Origin: Burkholderiales bacterium
GTDB lineage: Bacteria > Pseudomonadota > Gammaproteobacteria > Burkholderiales > SG8-39
Reading direction: 5' to 3'
Assembly (NCBI GenBank): GCA_020848075.1
Contig: JADLAV010000026.1
Span: 9,285 to 73,284 of the forward strand
Length of the DNA: 64,000 nucleotides
Part shown: one piece after another, positions 54,674-63,848 of the stretch
Layout: every line of letters starts with the position of its first letter
Numbering within the stretch: the first letter of the stretch is position 1
Program-made: the position numbers and the translations under genes
Notes under the pieces: model-generated
What the model was told of the DNA's origin: nothing
Seen by the model: only the letters and a program-made list of their open reading frames with translations
Database searches by the model: none

Positions 54674-55141
54674 ATGCAGAAGCCGAGCTTTCCGCTGGCG
54701 GTGGTCATGCAGTGGCGGCGGTTGCATCATCCCTGGGTGGAGGGCGCCTGGGAGGCGTGGAGCGTGCTGCCGGGCGAGCGCGGAGAAACTGCGCCGCGCA
54801 TCCTGGTGGAGGAGCCCGATTTGGTGCAGTGGCTATATCCGGGCTTTCGTCTCGTGCTCCACCGCGATGAGAGCGCGGGCTACCACTTCAACCTCACGGC
54901 GCAGAGTCCGCGCGTGTTCGTGCTGTGGCGCGAGGACGATGAGCGCGGCGTTCCGGTCGAACTGACCGTGAGCTTCGACGAGGCGAGCCGCTGGGCCGAC
55001 GGCGGGCACTCGATCGACGGTGTCGCGATGCCGGCCGAGATCTTTGCGTGGGTCGGCCGCTACGTCGAGGAGAACTACCGCCCCGAGCCCGAGGAGCGCC
55101 AGAAGCCCCGCTCGTTCCAGCGCCCGGAGCGGCGCTTCTAG
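54674..55141 (+). CDS. DUF3305-like protein (FDH-cluster associated, function unknown)
   Basis: ATG at 54674 behind AGAGAGG. The sequence MQKPSFPLAVVMQWRRLHHPWVEGAWEAW... and its position at the head of an fdh cluster match proteins annotated DUF3305 (from memory). Confidence 0.6.
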   Translation: MQKPSFPLAVVMQWRRLHHPWVEGAWEAWSVLPGERGETAPRILVEEPDLVQWLYPGFRLVLHRDESAGYHFNLTAQSPRVFVLWREDDERGVPVELTVSFDEASRWADGGHSIDGVAMPAEIFAWVGRYVEENYRPEPEERQKPRSFQRPERRF

Positions 55142-55142
55142 C

Positions 55143-55622
55143 ATGGCGCGAGAGGAAGAGGGCTTCGTCGCACGCTGGTCGCGCCGGAAGCGCGAGCAGG
55201 CGGCCGAGCCGGCAGATGCACCGAAGCCCGTCGTCCCTCCGCGCGCGCGGCGCGCCGAAGAGCCCGGCGCTCCGGCGCTGCCTCCCGTGGAGGCGCTGAC
55301 CCCGGAATCCGACTTTTCCGTCTTCATGCACCCGAAGGTTGCCGACGCTCTGCGCCGCACCGCGCTGAAGAAGCTGTTCCGCCATCCCGACATCGACCTC
55401 CCCGATCCGTTCGAGCCGTTCTCCGGCGATTGGACCGTGGGCGAGCCGATTCCCGAGGAGATGCTGAAGACGCTCTATCAGATGCGCCGGACGATGCTGG
55501 GCGACGCTGCGCCGCGGGCGGCCGAGCCGCAAGCTCCGGCACCCGCGGTGAGCGAGGACAGTCCCGAACCCGAAGCGCGCCCGCCGGAGCCGGCCGATGA
55601 GCCTGGAAGGCAAGACGCTTAG
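55143..55622 (+). CDS. DUF3306-like protein (function unknown)
   Basis: ATG 1 nt after the upstream stop. The N-terminal EGFVARWSRRKRE motif and the acidic/proline-rich remainder are typical of entries annotated DUF3306 (from memory). Confidence 0.6.
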   Translation: MAREEEGFVARWSRRKREQAAEPADAPKPVVPPRARRAEEPGAPALPPVEALTPESDFSVFMHPKVADALRRTALKKLFRHPDIDLPDPFEPFSGDWTVGEPIPEEMLKTLYQMRRTMLGDAAPRAAEPQAPAPAVSEDSPEPEARPPEPADEPGRQDA

Positions 55623-57693
55623 GATCTGCAGCTGTAACGGCACCATCCCGCTCGACGCGAAGCGGCTCGCCGCGGCGCTCGGGCTCGGCGAGCCGCTCGC
55701 GGTGCACCGGGCGCTCTGCCGCACCGACGCCGCGGCCTACCGCGCCGCGCTCGGCGATCCGGATGTGATCGTCGCATGCACGCAGGAGGCGCCGCTTTTC
55801 GGCGAGCTCGCCGAGGGGAGCGGAGCGCATCCGGACCTGCGGTTCGTCAACATTCGCGAGGTCGCGGGCTGGTCGGCCGAGGGCGCGCGCGCGCTGCCGA
55901 AGATGGCGGCGCTCGTTGCGGCCGCGGCGCTGCCCGAGCCCGAGCCGGTGCGGACGGTGGAGTACGAGTCGGGCGGTGCGCTGCTGGTGATCGGCCCGTC
56001 GGCGGCGGCGCTCGACTGGGCCGAGCGACTCGCCGAATCGCTCTCGGTGAGCGTGCTCGTCACGCGCGGCGAGGGCGGCGAGCTGCCGCTCGAGCGCCGC
56101 TACCCGGTGTGGTCGGGAAAGCCCAAGCGCATCACCGGCCACCTCGGCGCGTTCGACGTCGAGTGGACGCAGGACAACCCGATCGATCTCGAGCGCTGCA
56201 CGCGCTGCAACGCCTGCGTCGCGGCCTGCCCCGAGGGCGCGATCGATTTCACCTACCAGATCGATCTCGCCAAGTGCAAGGCGCACCGCGAGTGTGTCGA
56301 GGCCTGCGGCGCGATCGGCGCGATCGATTTCGCGCGCCAGGACCGCGCGCGCAAGGAGCGCTTCGACCTCGTGCTCGACCTCGCGGTCGAGCCGCTGATC
56401 CGAACCCCCGACCTGCCGCAGGGCTACGCCGCTCCGGGCGCCGATCCGCTCGAACAGGCGCTCGCGGCGGCGAAGCTCGCGCAGCTCGTCGGCGAGTTCG
56501 CGAAGCCGCGCTTCGTCGAGTACCGGGCGTCGCTCTGCGCGCACAGCCGCTCCGGGCGTCCCGGCTGCACCCGCTGCCTGGAGGTCTGCTCGACCGGCGC
56601 GATCAGCGAGGACGGCGATCACGTCACGGTCGATCCGCACCTGTGCGCAGGCTGCGGCGGCTGCGCGACCGTGTGTCCCTCGGGCGCGCTGCGCCACGCC
56701 TACCCGCGCCTGCCCGACCTCGGGCGGCGCCTGAAGACCCTGCTCGATACGTACCGCGCCGCGGGCGGAGCCGACGCCTGCGTCGTCATTCACGACGTCA
56801 CGCGCGGCCGTGCGCTCGTGCAGGGCGTCGGCAGACGCGCGGCGAAGGGCGGCCGCGGGCTGCCCGCGCGCGCGCTGCCGCTCGAGGTGTTCCACGTCGG
56901 CTCGGTGGGCATCGACCTCCTGCTCGGCGCGATCTGCTACGGCGCGAGCCGGGCGGTGGTGGTCGCGACGGGCGACGAGCCGCAGGAATATCTCGCGGCA
57001 CTGCGCGAGCAGATGGGTTTCGCCCAGGCGATCCTCGGCGGGCTGGGCTACGCGGGCACCCACTTCGAGCTCCTGCAGGCGGGCGAGCCGCGCGCGCTCG
57101 AGGAGGCGCTGTGGGCGCTCGCCCCCGCGCGCGGCGTGGCGCGCGCGGCCACCTTTCACCTCGCAGCCGAAAAGCGGGGCGCCCTCGACTTCGAGCTCGA
57201 GCACCTCGCGCGCCACGCGCCGGCGCCGGCCGAGGCGATCGCGCTGCCGCGGGGCGCGCCGTTCGGCGCGCTCGCGATCGACAAGGCGAAGTGCACGCTG
57301 TGCAAGGCGTGCATCGGCTCCTGTCCCGAGGCGGCGCTGCTCGATGCGCCCGAGCGCCCGAGCCTGCGCTTCATCGAACGCAACTGCGTTCAGTGCGGAC
57401 TGTGCGTGAACACCTGCCCCGAGGATGCGATGCGGCTCGTGCCGCGGCTACTGCTCGGCGCGCAGGCGAAACAGCCGGTGACGCTGCACGAGGCCGAGCC
57501 GTTTCACTGCGTGCGTTGCGGCAAGCCGTTTGGCACCCGGCCGGCGATCGACGCCATGCTCGCGCGGCTCGCGACGCACGCCATGTTCGCCGGCGGCGCG
57601 GGGCTGCGCCGGCTGCAGATGTGCGCCGACTGCCGCGTGGTGGACATGATGGAGAACCCGTCGGAGGCGAGCATCCTCGACATCCGAAGATGA
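55597..57693 (+). CDS. Large cytoplasmic polyferredoxin (multiple 4Fe-4S dicluster motifs), 698 aa
   Basis: Four canonical CxxCxxCxxxCP motifs (CTRCNACVAACP, CAGCGGCATVCP, CTLCKACIGSCP, CVQCGLCVNTCP) plus further Cys clusters. No signal peptide. It overlaps the upstream gene by 26 nt. Confidence 0.85.
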   Translation: MSLEGKTLRICSCNGTIPLDAKRLAAALGLGEPLAVHRALCRTDAAAYRAALGDPDVIVACTQEAPLFGELAEGSGAHPDLRFVNIREVAGWSAEGARALPKMAALVAAAALPEPEPVRTVEYESGGALLVIGPSAAALDWAERLAESLSVSVLVTRGEGGELPLERRYPVWSGKPKRITGHLGAFDVEWTQDNPIDLERCTRCNACVAACPEGAIDFTYQIDLAKCKAHRECVEACGAIGAIDFARQDRARKERFDLVLDLAVEPLIRTPDLPQGYAAPGADPLEQALAAAKLAQLVGEFAKPRFVEYRASLCAHSRSGRPGCTRCLEVCSTGAISEDGDHVTVDPHLCAGCGGCATVCPSGALRHAYPRLPDLGRRLKTLLDTYRAAGGADACVVIHDVTRGRALVQGVGRRAAKGGRGLPARALPLEVFHVGSVGIDLLLGAICYGASRAVVVATGDEPQEYLAALREQMGFAQAILGGLGYAGTHFELLQAGEPRALEEALWALAPARGVARAATFHLAAEKRGALDFELEHLARHAPAPAEAIALPRGAPFGALAIDKAKCTLCKACIGSCPEAALLDAPERPSLRFIERNCVQCGLCVNTCPEDAMRLVPRLLLGAQAKQPVTLHEAEPFHCVRCGKPFGTRPAIDAMLARLATHAMFAGGAGLRRLQMCADCRVVDMMENPSEASILDIRR

Positions 57694-58304
57694 GTGCCGA
57701 CTCCGCCGCCCTGCCGCCCGCGCTCGCGCCGGAGGACGCCGCGCGCGCCAACTTCTACGGCCTGCTCGCGCGCCTGCTCTACGCACCGCCGGACCGCGCG
57801 TTGCTCGGCGCGCTCGCTGGAGCCGGCGAGCTCGCCGCGCGGGGAGACGGCCCGGGGCTGGCGCTCGCCTGGCGCGAACTGAAGGCGGGGGCGGCGACGG
57901 CCGAGGAACTATCGGTGCGTGATGAGTTCGAAACTCTTTACATAGGGACGGGCAAGGCCTTGGTCTCCCCGTACGCCGGTGCCTACCTGTCAGGCGCGCG
58001 CGCCGTCGAACGGCTGGTCGCGCTGCGACAATACCTTGCAGAGCGCGGGCTTGCGCGCCAGGCCGGGGTCCACGAGCCCGAGGATCACGTCGCCGCGCTC
58101 TGTGACGTCATGCGCCATCTCATCGCAGAGCAGCATGCCCCGTCGGATGCGCAGCGGGAATTCTTCGCAGCTTTCGTCTGGCCGGCGGCCGCCGAATTCT
58201 GCAATGCAACAGAGAAAGCCGAACCTGCGGCCTTCTATCGCCTGGCAGTCCGTTTCGGGCGCAGCTTCCTGGAGGTCGAGCACACGCTCTTCGAATTGGA
58301 GTAG
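57690..58304 (+). CDS. TorD/DmsD-family redox-enzyme maturation chaperone
   Basis: The ATG overlaps the polyferredoxin stop (ATGA). ARANFYGLLARLLYAPPD...DEFETLYIG...PEDHVAALCDVMRHL matches the TorD-family pattern. Confidence 0.75.
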   Translation: MSADSAALPPALAPEDAARANFYGLLARLLYAPPDRALLGALAGAGELAARGDGPGLALAWRELKAGAATAEELSVRDEFETLYIGTGKALVSPYAGAYLSGARAVERLVALRQYLAERGLARQAGVHEPEDHVAALCDVMRHLIAEQHAPSDAQREFFAAFVWPAAAEFCNATEKAEPAAFYRLAVRFGRSFLEVEHTLFELE

Positions 58305-58372
58305 CATCTAGGCGCACCCGGCCGCGAGGCGCGCTCGGCCTCGCGACACAAGCACGAACAAAGGAGGGGACC

Positions 58373-58576
58373 ATGAGCGACCGCACGCCGCGTCTTTCTC
58401 GACGCCACTTCCTCTTTGCGCTCGGCACCGGCAGCGCCGCCACTGCGGCGGCGATCGTCGCCGGGGGCGGCACCCAGGAGCAGCCGGCCGCCGCCACGCC
58501 TTCCGGCGAGCGCCGGGCGCTCGGCTACCGCGAATCGGCGCACATCGCCCGCTACTACCGCAGCACCAGGATCTGA
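58373..58576 (+). CDS. Small twin-arginine-signal protein ('formate dehydrogenase region TAT target' type)
   Basis: AAAGGAGGGG ribosome-binding site. SRRHFLFALG is a Tat motif. The C-terminal YRESAHIARYY fits the Y-[HRK]-x-[ST]-x-H-[IV]-x-x-[YF]-Y motif that I recall for TIGR02811. Confidence 0.75.
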   Translation: MSDRTPRLSRRHFLFALGTGSAATAAAIVAGGGTQEQPAAATPSGERRALGYRESAHIARYYRSTRI

Positions 58577-58586
58577 GGGGGTTGCC

Positions 58587-61541
58587 ATGTTGCTCACACG
58601 CAAGAGCGCGGCACACGCCGCGCCGCAGTCTCGGCTCGCGCGCAACGTTGCCGGAGCGCTCGGGAGCACGATGGACCGCCGCACCTTCCTGCGGCGGTCG
58701 GGACTGACCGCCGGCGCCGGCGCGCTCGCGACCCAGATCCCGTTCAGCATGATCGGCAAGGCGAAGGCCGCCGAGACGCCTTGGCAGACCGGCGCGATCG
58801 AGGTGCACCGCACGGTATGCACCCATTGCTCGGTCGGCTGCGCGATCGACGCCGTGGTGCAGAACGGCGTCTGGACCCGTCAGGACCCGGTGTTCGAGTC
58901 CCCGCTCAGCCTCGGCGGGCATTGCGCGAAGGGCGCCGCCGTGCGCGAGCACGGCATCACGCACGATTCGCGCCGCCTCAAGTACCCGGTGAAGCTCGAG
59001 GGCGGGCAGTGGAAGCGGATCTCCTGGGACCAGGCCTACGAAGAGATCTCGCAGAAGCTGCTCAAGATCCGCGAGGAGAGCGGCCCGGACGCGCTCTTCC
59101 TGGTCGGCTCGTCCAAGCACAACAACGAGCAAGCGGAGCTCCTGTGCAAGTGGATCCGCCTGTGGGGCACCAACAACGCCGACCACCAGGCGCGCATCTG
59201 CCACTCGACCACGGTGGCGGGCCTCGGGCAGACCTGGGGCTACGGCGCGATGACCAACTCCTACAATGACGAGCTGAACTCCAAGAGCCTGCTCTTCTTC
59301 GGCTCGAACGCGGCCGAGGCGCACCCGGTGTCGATGCTCCACACCCTGCACGCCAAGGAAAGCGGCTGCAAGGTGATCGTCGCCGACCCGCGTTTCACCC
59401 GCACCGCCGCCAAGGCGGACAAGTTCGTGCGCGTCCGCTCCGGCACGGACGTCGCCTTTCTCTTCGGCATCCTGTATCACATCTTCAAGAACGGCTGGGA
59501 GGACAAGCAGTACCTACACGATCGCGTCTACGGCATGGACCAGGTCCGGGAGGAGGTGCTGGCCAAGTACACGCCGCCGGTCGTGGAGGACATCACTGGC
59601 GTCCCCGAGAAGGAGATGTTCGAGGTCGCGAAGATGATGTCGGACAACCGTCCCGGCTTCATCATCTGGGCGATGGGCCAGACGCAGCACAACAACGCGA
59701 ACGCCATCGTGCGCGCCACCAACATCGTGCAGCTCGCGCTCGGCAACGTCGGCCGCTCGGGCGGCGGCTGCAACGTCTACCGCGGCCACGACAACGTGCA
59801 GGGCGCGACGGACATCGGACCGAACCCCGACACGCTGCCCGGCTATTACCCGGTGGCCGTGCCCGGGACCTGGGCGCACTGGTCGAAGGTGTGGAACATC
59901 GACCTCAAGTGGCTCGAGAGCCGCTACGCCCCCGGGATGATGGGCAAGCCGGGGATGACCGTGTCGCGCTGGATCGACGGCGTGCTCGAGAAGAACGACG
60001 CGATCGACCAGGGACCGAACCTGCGCGCGGTCATCTACTGGGGCCACGCGCCGAACTCGCAGACACGCGGCTACGAGATGGTCGAGGCGATGAAGAAGCT
60101 CGACCTGATGGTGGTGATCGATCCGTATCCTTCGGCGAGCGCGGCGATGTTCGCCATGGTGCGGAAGGACGGCGCCTACCTGCTGCCGGCGGCGACGCAG
60201 TACGAGACCTACGGCAGCGTCACCGCCTCGAACCGCTCGCTGCAGTGGCGCGAGAAGGTGATCGAGCCGCTGTTCGACTCGCGCACCGACCCCATGATCA
60301 TGTACCAGCTCGCGCAGAAGCTCGGCTTCGCCGACCAGTTTCTCGGCAAGGCGAACGGCAAGCAGGTCGTCGGGCTCGCGAAGGGCAAGGGCGGGATGGA
60401 CGAGCCCAACCTCGAGGACGTGCTGCGCAACGAGGTGAATCGCGGCTGCTGGACGATCGGCTACACGGGCCAGTCGCCCGAGCGGCTGCAGGCGCACATG
60501 CGGAACATGCATGTGTTCGACGTGAAGACCTTGCGTGCGGTGGGCGGCAAGGACGCGAAGACGGGCTACGACCTCACCGGCGACTACTTCGGCCTGCCCT
60601 GGCCGTGCTACGGGACGGCCGCGATCAAGCATCCCGGCACGCCGAATCTCTACGATACGCACAAGCACGTCATGGACGGCGGGCACACGTTCCGCGCGCT
60701 CTTCGGCGTGGAGCGGAACGGGGTGAACCTCCTCGCCGAGGACGGCATCCACTCGAAGGGCAGCGCCATCACGACCGGCTACCCGCAGTTCACCGCGGCG
60801 TTCCTGAAGAAGCTGGGCTGGTGGGACGACCTGACCGACGAGGAAAAGAAGGAGGCCGAGGGCAAGCTCTGGACGAACGACCTATCGGGGGGCATCCAGC
60901 GCGTCGTCATGAAGTACGGGTGCGTGCCCTTCGGCAACGCCAAGGCGCGCGCGGTGGTATGGAACTGGCCGGACCAGATCCCGGTGCACCGCGAGCCGAT
61001 CTTCAGCCCGCGCCCGGACCTGGTCGCCAAGTGGCCGGCGAACGACGACGTCAAGGTGCTCTGGCGGCTGCCGACGCTGTTCAAGTCGCGGCAGGACCAG
61101 GCGGTCAAGGACGGGGACTCCAAGAAGTATCCGCTCATCCTCACCAGCGGCCGCAAGGTCGAGTACGAGGGCGGCGGCGACGAGACCCGCTCGAACCGCT
61201 GGCTCGCCGAGCTCGTGCAGGAGAACTACGTCGAGATCAGCCCGAAAGCGGCCGCCGACCGAGGCGTTCGATTCTGGGACTATGTATGGCTGAGCACCCC
61301 CGAGGGCGCGAAGCTCAAGCTGCGGGCGATGGTCACGGACCGCGTCGGTCCCGACACCTGCTTCGTGATGTTCCACTTCGCCGGCTGGTGGCAGGGCCTG
61401 GACATGCTCCCGTACTATCCGGAAGGGGCCAGTCCGTACGTGCGCGGCGAGGCGATCAACACGGCGGTCACCTACGGTTACGACCGCATCACGCTGATGC
61501 AGGAAACGAAGACGACGATCTGCCAGGTCGCGAAGGCATAG
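58587..61541 (+). CDS. fdhA: Periplasmic formate dehydrogenase catalytic (molybdopterin) subunit, Cys-type
   Basis: Tat signal DRRTFLRRSG. The 4Fe-4S motif CTHCSVGC...C is present. The active-site context HQARICHSTTVAG has Cys where E. coli FdnG has Sec. An alternative start is ATG 58671. Confidence 0.95.
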   Translation: MLLTRKSAAHAAPQSRLARNVAGALGSTMDRRTFLRRSGLTAGAGALATQIPFSMIGKAKAAETPWQTGAIEVHRTVCTHCSVGCAIDAVVQNGVWTRQDPVFESPLSLGGHCAKGAAVREHGITHDSRRLKYPVKLEGGQWKRISWDQAYEEISQKLLKIREESGPDALFLVGSSKHNNEQAELLCKWIRLWGTNNADHQARICHSTTVAGLGQTWGYGAMTNSYNDELNSKSLLFFGSNAAEAHPVSMLHTLHAKESGCKVIVADPRFTRTAAKADKFVRVRSGTDVAFLFGILYHIFKNGWEDKQYLHDRVYGMDQVREEVLAKYTPPVVEDITGVPEKEMFEVAKMMSDNRPGFIIWAMGQTQHNNANAIVRATNIVQLALGNVGRSGGGCNVYRGHDNVQGATDIGPNPDTLPGYYPVAVPGTWAHWSKVWNIDLKWLESRYAPGMMGKPGMTVSRWIDGVLEKNDAIDQGPNLRAVIYWGHAPNSQTRGYEMVEAMKKLDLMVVIDPYPSASAAMFAMVRKDGAYLLPAATQYETYGSVTASNRSLQWREKVIEPLFDSRTDPMIMYQLAQKLGFADQFLGKANGKQVVGLAKGKGGMDEPNLEDVLRNEVNRGCWTIGYTGQSPERLQAHMRNMHVFDVKTLRAVGGKDAKTGYDLTGDYFGLPWPCYGTAAIKHPGTPNLYDTHKHVMDGGHTFRALFGVERNGVNLLAEDGIHSKGSAITTGYPQFTAAFLKKLGWWDDLTDEEKKEAEGKLWTNDLSGGIQRVVMKYGCVPFGNAKARAVVWNWPDQIPVHREPIFSPRPDLVAKWPANDDVKVLWRLPTLFKSRQDQAVKDGDSKKYPLILTSGRKVEYEGGGDETRSNRWLAELVQENYVEISPKAAADRGVRFWDYVWLSTPEGAKLKLRAMVTDRVGPDTCFVMFHFAGWWQGLDMLPYYPEGASPYVRGEAINTAVTYGYDRITLMQETKTTICQVAKA

Positions 61542-61550
61542 GAGAACGCC

Positions 61551-62177
61551 ATGGCCAGAATGAAATTCCTGTGCGATGCGGAGCGCTGTATCGCCTGCAA
61601 TGGCTGCACCACCGCCTGCAAGAACGAGCACGAGGTGCCCTGGGGCGTCAACCGCCGCCGAGTCGTGACGGTGAACGACGGCGTCCAGGGCGCGGAGAAA
61701 TCGATCTCGGTCGCGTGCATGCACTGCTCGGACGCGCCGTGCATCGCAGTGTGCCCGGTCGACTGCATGTATCACACCGAGCAGGGCGTCGTGCTGCACG
61801 ACAAGGATCTCTGCATCGGCTGCGGCTACTGCTTCTACGCCTGTCCGTTCGGCGCGCCGCAGTTTCCCCAACAGGGGGCGTTCGGCCTGCGCGGCAAGAT
61901 GGACAAGTGCACTTTCTGCGCGGGCGGTCCAGAACCCGACGGGTCGCAGGCCGAGTTCGAGAAGTACGGCCGCAACCGTCTCGCCGAAGGCAAGCTCCCG
62001 CTGTGCGCGGAGATGTGCTCGACTAAGGCGCTGCTCGCGGGCGACGGCGACGTGATCGCCAACATTTTCCGCGAGCGGGTGACGGTCCGCGGCAAGGGCT
62101 CGGAGGTGTGGGGCTGGGTGACCGCCTACGGCAAGCCCGGGCAGGGGCAGCCGGCGACTCAAGGAGGAACGAAATGA
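61551..62177 (+). CDS. fdhB: Formate dehydrogenase iron-sulfur subunit (four 4Fe-4S motifs, no C-terminal TM anchor)
   Basis: CIACNGCTTAC, CMHCSDAPCIAVCP, CIGCGYCFYACP, CTFC...C. Confidence 0.9.
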   Translation: MARMKFLCDAERCIACNGCTTACKNEHEVPWGVNRRRVVTVNDGVQGAEKSISVACMHCSDAPCIAVCPVDCMYHTEQGVVLHDKDLCIGCGYCFYACPFGAPQFPQQGAFGLRGKMDKCTFCAGGPEPDGSQAEFEKYGRNRLAEGKLPLCAEMCSTKALLAGDGDVIANIFRERVTVRGKGSEVWGWVTAYGKPGQGQPATQGGTK

Positions 62178-62434
62178 GCATCGCACGCTTCATGGCGACG
62201 GCCGCGCTTGCGGGGATCGTCGCGCTCGGCCTGGCCGGATGCGGCGAGCCGCCGCAGGTCGTGGTCTACAAGCAGGGCAAGTACCAGGGCAAGCCTGACC
62301 AGCGGCCGTGGGAGAACGCCCCGCTCACCTACGGGCACGCGAAGTGGACCCAGGGCAACGAGCAGAGCTGGACGGACGAGGTGAACACTCGTACCCAGGC
62401 CCAGAACGAATACGTGCGCATCGTGCACCCTTAG
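62174..62434 (+). CDS. Small lipoprotein of unknown function inside the fdh operon (86 aa)
   Basis: AAGGAGG ribosome-binding site. The ATG overlaps the fdhB stop (ATGA). Lipobox GLAGC. No homology recognised. Confidence 0.6.
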   Translation: MSIARFMATAALAGIVALGLAGCGEPPQVVVYKQGKYQGKPDQRPWENAPLTYGHAKWTQGNEQSWTDEVNTRTQAQNEYVRIVHP

Positions 62435-62453
62435 CCCGACAGGAGCCCGAGCC

Positions 62454-63512
62454 ATGTCCAAACTCGGAGAGGTTGCAAGCTGGATCGGCCTGCTCGCGGC
62501 GCTCGCGCTCGCGGGGCCGGCGTGGGCGCAGGACGTTCCGACCAACCAGCAGTTGATCGAGCAGCAGCAGCAGCGCCGCGTCGAGCAGCCGGGGAACAAC
62601 GCACCGGTCTGGAGGGAGGTCCGGTCGGGGCGGTCGGGGTCCACCCTGGTTCCAGGCAACGAGATGGGCGTGCTGATCCTGTCCTCGGGCCAGACCTGGC
62701 GCGCGGCGCGGGTGCCGCTCGCGTTCTGGGGGGGCCTCCTGATCGCCGCTGCGATCGCCGCGCTCGCGCTCTTTTACCTGATTCGGGGAATGATCACGGT
62801 GAAGGAACCTCCCGGCGGACGCCTGATCCGGCGGTTCTCCGCTGCGGACCGGTACGCGCACTGGCTCCTGGCGATGACCTGGGTGGTGCTGGCGGTCACC
62901 GGGCTCGTCATCTCGTTCGGCAGGGACCTGCTGCTGCCCGTGATCGGCTACACGCTCTTCTCGTGGCTCGCGATCCTGTCGAAGAACGTGCACAACTTCG
63001 CCGGCCCGATCCTGATCGTGGCGGTGCCGTGGATGTTCGTGAAGTACGTGCGAGACAACGGCATCGGGGTCGAGGATTTAAAGTGGTTCGTGCACATCTT
63101 CGGCTACTTCCGCGGCCGCGAGTATCCGTCCGCCCGGTTCAACGCCGGCGAGAAGCTCGTGTTCTGGCTGCTGCTCGTGGTCTTCACGACGATCCTCGTC
63201 GTGACCGGGCTCATCCTCAACTTCTCGAACTTCGGGCAGACGCGCTCGACGATGCAGACGGCGAACCTGATCCACATGACCACCGCGTACCTCGCGATGG
63301 CGATCGCCGCCGTGCATATCTACCTCGGCACGATCGGGATGGCGGGCGCCTACCGCGCAATGAAGGAGGGCTACGTGACGGAGGCGTGGGCCGAGCATCA
63401 CCACAAGCGCTGGTACGACGATGTGAAGGCCGGCAAGTCGCGCCAGAAGTTCGCCGCGTCCGGCGAGGGGACCGCATCCGCGTCCGGCGCCACGCGGACG
63501 CAGACGAGCTGA
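62454..63512 (+). CDS. fdhC: Formate dehydrogenase cytochrome b (gamma) subunit with a long N-terminal periplasmic extension
   Basis: Signal-like N-terminus, then RFSAADRYAHWLLAMTWVVLAVTGL and later His-containing helices typical of FdnI-type cytochrome b. Confidence 0.85.
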   Translation: MSKLGEVASWIGLLAALALAGPAWAQDVPTNQQLIEQQQQRRVEQPGNNAPVWREVRSGRSGSTLVPGNEMGVLILSSGQTWRAARVPLAFWGGLLIAAAIAALALFYLIRGMITVKEPPGGRLIRRFSAADRYAHWLLAMTWVVLAVTGLVISFGRDLLLPVIGYTLFSWLAILSKNVHNFAGPILIVAVPWMFVKYVRDNGIGVEDLKWFVHIFGYFRGREYPSARFNAGEKLVFWLLLVVFTTILVVTGLILNFSNFGQTRSTMQTANLIHMTTAYLAMAIAAVHIYLGTIGMAGAYRAMKEGYVTEAWAEHHHKRWYDDVKAGKSRQKFAASGEGTASASGATRTQTS

Positions 63513-63519
63513 GGAGGGC

Positions 63520-63792
63520 ATGATCATGAAGAAATGGGAAATCGTGTCGGCGGCGGCGATGACGCTCGCCCTCGGCGCAGGGATGGCGAGCGCGAAGCTG
63601 CCGCCGCCCACCGAGGAGCAGAAGGCCGCCGCGGCGGCGGCTGCAGCGAAAGAGGCGGAGGCCGCGAAGAAGGATGCCGAGGAGCTCGCGAAGGTCATCG
63701 ACCGGATCGTCGAGAACTACAAGAAGACGCATGCGGCGACCGCGCCGGTGCCGGCTGTCGCGACGCCCGCCAAGGAGGCCGCGAAGAAGTAA
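63520..63792 (+). CDS. Small exported Ala/Lys/Glu-rich protein (90 aa), last gene of the fdh operon
   Basis: Signal peptide MKKWEIVSAAAMTLALGAGMASA. The mature part is helical and low in complexity. It is followed by a terminator. Confidence 0.5.
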   Translation: MIMKKWEIVSAAAMTLALGAGMASAKLPPPTEEQKAAAAAAAAKEAEAAKKDAEELAKVIDRIVENYKKTHAATAPVPAVATPAKEAAKK

Positions 63793-63817
63793 CGGCAAGC
63801 GCGTTTGCCGTGCCTCG

Positions 63818-63848
63818 CCGCCCGCCTGCGCGGGCGGTTTTGTTTCTT
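63818..63848 (+). terminator. Rho-independent terminator of the fdh operon
   Basis: CCGCCCGC-ctgc-GCGGGCGG followed by TTTTGTTTCTT. Confidence 0.7.

Noticed and set aside
58416-58586. The upstream extension of the fdhA ORF, which overlaps the small TAT-target gene in another frame.
   Set aside because: The extension is Arg/Pro/Ser-rich and has no start codon context. The ATG at 58587 has a strong GAGGGGG ribosome-binding site, and the Tat motif follows it.
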